Shown in pieces: positions 62,776 through 64,000 of a stretch of DNA of 64,000 bases. The DNA comes from Selaginella moellendorffii. Taxonomy: Eukaryota > Plantae > Lycopodiophyta. A program made the position numbers and the translations under genes. The stretch covers positions 1,322,446 through 1,386,445 of the forward strand of contig NW_003314265.1 in assembly GCF_000143415.4 (NCBI RefSeq), written 5' to 3'. Position 1 is the stretch's first letter, and every line of letters starts with the position of its first letter. Under the pieces are notes generated by a model. It was not told the origin of the DNA and searched no databases. It saw nothing but the letters and a program-made list of their open reading frames with translations.

Positions 62776-64000
62776 ATGCGATCGATCACCCGGCGCTTCT
62801 CCGGACAGGACGATCCCGCACTAGCGCTGGTCCAGGGCTTGAAATCTTGCGGCTGCGCGCAAGATTTGGAGGCGCTACACGCCGGCATTCTTGGATCCGA
62901 GCATTGCCACGACAGGTTTGTGTGCAATCACTTGATCGAGGCGTATGGCCGCTGCGGGCTACCCGGAAGAGCGCGCGAGGTCTTGGATGGGATTCGCAAT
63001 GCGAATCTCCACTCGTGGAACATCATGGTCCAGGCATATGCACAGAACGGGCTTGTGGAGGAGGCCAGATCGCTGTTTGGATCGATGCCGCGGCGGGATT
63101 TCATCTCCTGGGGAAGCGTGATGAACGCTCACGCGCAGGCTGGGGATTTTGGATCGTGCCTGGAGGTCTTTCGCAGGTGCCCACAGCTGGATGTGGTCGC
63201 GTGTAGCTCGATGCTCGCAGCGTATGCCCAGGCAGGGCATCTGGAAGAAGCAAAGGCATTGTTTGAGAGGATGGAATCCAGGAATGCGGTGTCTTGGGCG
63301 GCTCTGATAGCTGCTCACGATCAACAGAAGAACTGCGAGCACGCAGAGATAATTCTAATCCTGATGCCGGAGCATAGCTTTCCGGCCTGGAACAGTGCTA
63401 TGACCGTCTATGCCCATGCCGGGCATCTCTCCAAGGCCAAGAGTTTGTTCGACGAGATGCCCGAGAGGAACTTGATCATCTGGACGCTGCTGCTTGGCTG
63501 CTATGCTCGAAACGGTGAAGTTGGACTGGCCAGAGGCGCTCACGCGAGGATGCCAGAGTGGGACGTGGTTTCCAACGATGCAATGCTCACGGCACTGGTC
63601 TTGGCTGGAAGCTCGTATCTAGCGGAGGCCAAGGAGATGTTCGTGAGATTGGAGGAGCGGAGCTTGGTGTCGTGGAACGTCATGGTTTCAGCGGTTTCAC
63701 AGAGCGATCAAGTGGATGCTGCGAGAACGATGTTTGATAGAATGCCACAGTGGGTCGTTTCTTCGTGGAACATCATGGTTTCAGGCTACACTCACGCTGG
63801 TCGCCTGGATGAAGCAGTGTCTATGTTCCAGAGCATGCCGGGGCGAGACCAGCTCTCCTGGAACGCCATAGTCACGGCATTTACTCAGCTCGACTGCTCG
63901 AAAGAGTTTCTTACGCTCTTCCATCTAATGCCGGTGTGGAACCTGGTGACTTTCACTTGTGCTATGGGAGTATATGCGCTGAAGGGTGACACCGAAACGG
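62776..64000 (+). CDS. PLS-class PPR protein, runs off the window
   Basis: MRSITRRF...DRFVCNHLIEAYGRCG...SWNIMVQAYAQNG...LFDEMPERN repeats. Confidence 0.9.
   Translation, partial: MRSITRRFSGQDDPALALVQGLKSCGCAQDLEALHAGILGSEHCHDRFVCNHLIEAYGRCGLPGRAREVLDGIRNANLHSWNIMVQAYAQNGLVEEARSLFGSMPRRDFISWGSVMNAHAQAGDFGSCLEVFRRCPQLDVVACSSMLAAYAQAGHLEEAKALFERMESRNAVSWAALIAAHDQQKNCEHAEIILILMPEHSFPAWNSAMTVYAHAGHLSKAKSLFDEMPERNLIIWTLLLGCYARNGEVGLARGAHARMPEWDVVSNDAMLTALVLAGSSYLAEAKEMFVRLEERSLVSWNVMVSAVSQSDQVDAARTMFDRMPQWVVSSWNIMVSGYTHAGRLDEAVSMFQSMPGRDQLSWNAIVTAFTQLDCSKEFLTLFHLMPVWNLVTFTCAMGVYALKGDTET

Overview
Eukaryotic land-plant genomic DNA, most likely a lycophyte such as Selaginella. This is inferred from 40-60 bp introns, very high gene density, PPR genes built from tandem short repeats, a flagellar SPEF1 gene and a cyanovirin-N homologue. 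1-8.5 kb is a decayed Ty3/gypsy chromovirus carrying two nested insertions: a complete 5S-rRNA-bearing Cassandra-type TRIM and a 1.8-kb repeat-rich solo LTR. 8.5-17.5 kb is AT-rich TE debris with GC-rich islands: a purple acid phosphatase pseudogene, a spliced candidate gene with LEM-like/AT-hook/C-terminal TM architecture, a germin, and a germin pseudogene cut by a copia LTR. 17.7-64 kb is gene-dense: GH17 glucanase, SPEF1, bHLH subfamily II, ARM-repeat protein, CVNH, OCT7-like MFS, PPR, GDSL lipase, histone H2A, MYB-CC, then a ~7-kb tandem duplication (MYB-CC 3' half, tRNA-Leu(CAG), argininosuccinate synthase, trypsin-like fragment, serine carboxypeptidase), GBA2, alpha-mannosidase and a final PPR. 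The most striking candidates are the LAP2/emerin-like inner nuclear membrane protein, the Cassandra element and its possible helper signals, the CVNH lectin and a trypsin-like protease recoverable only by merging two broken copies. All family assignments come from motif recognition by eye; no database searches were run.
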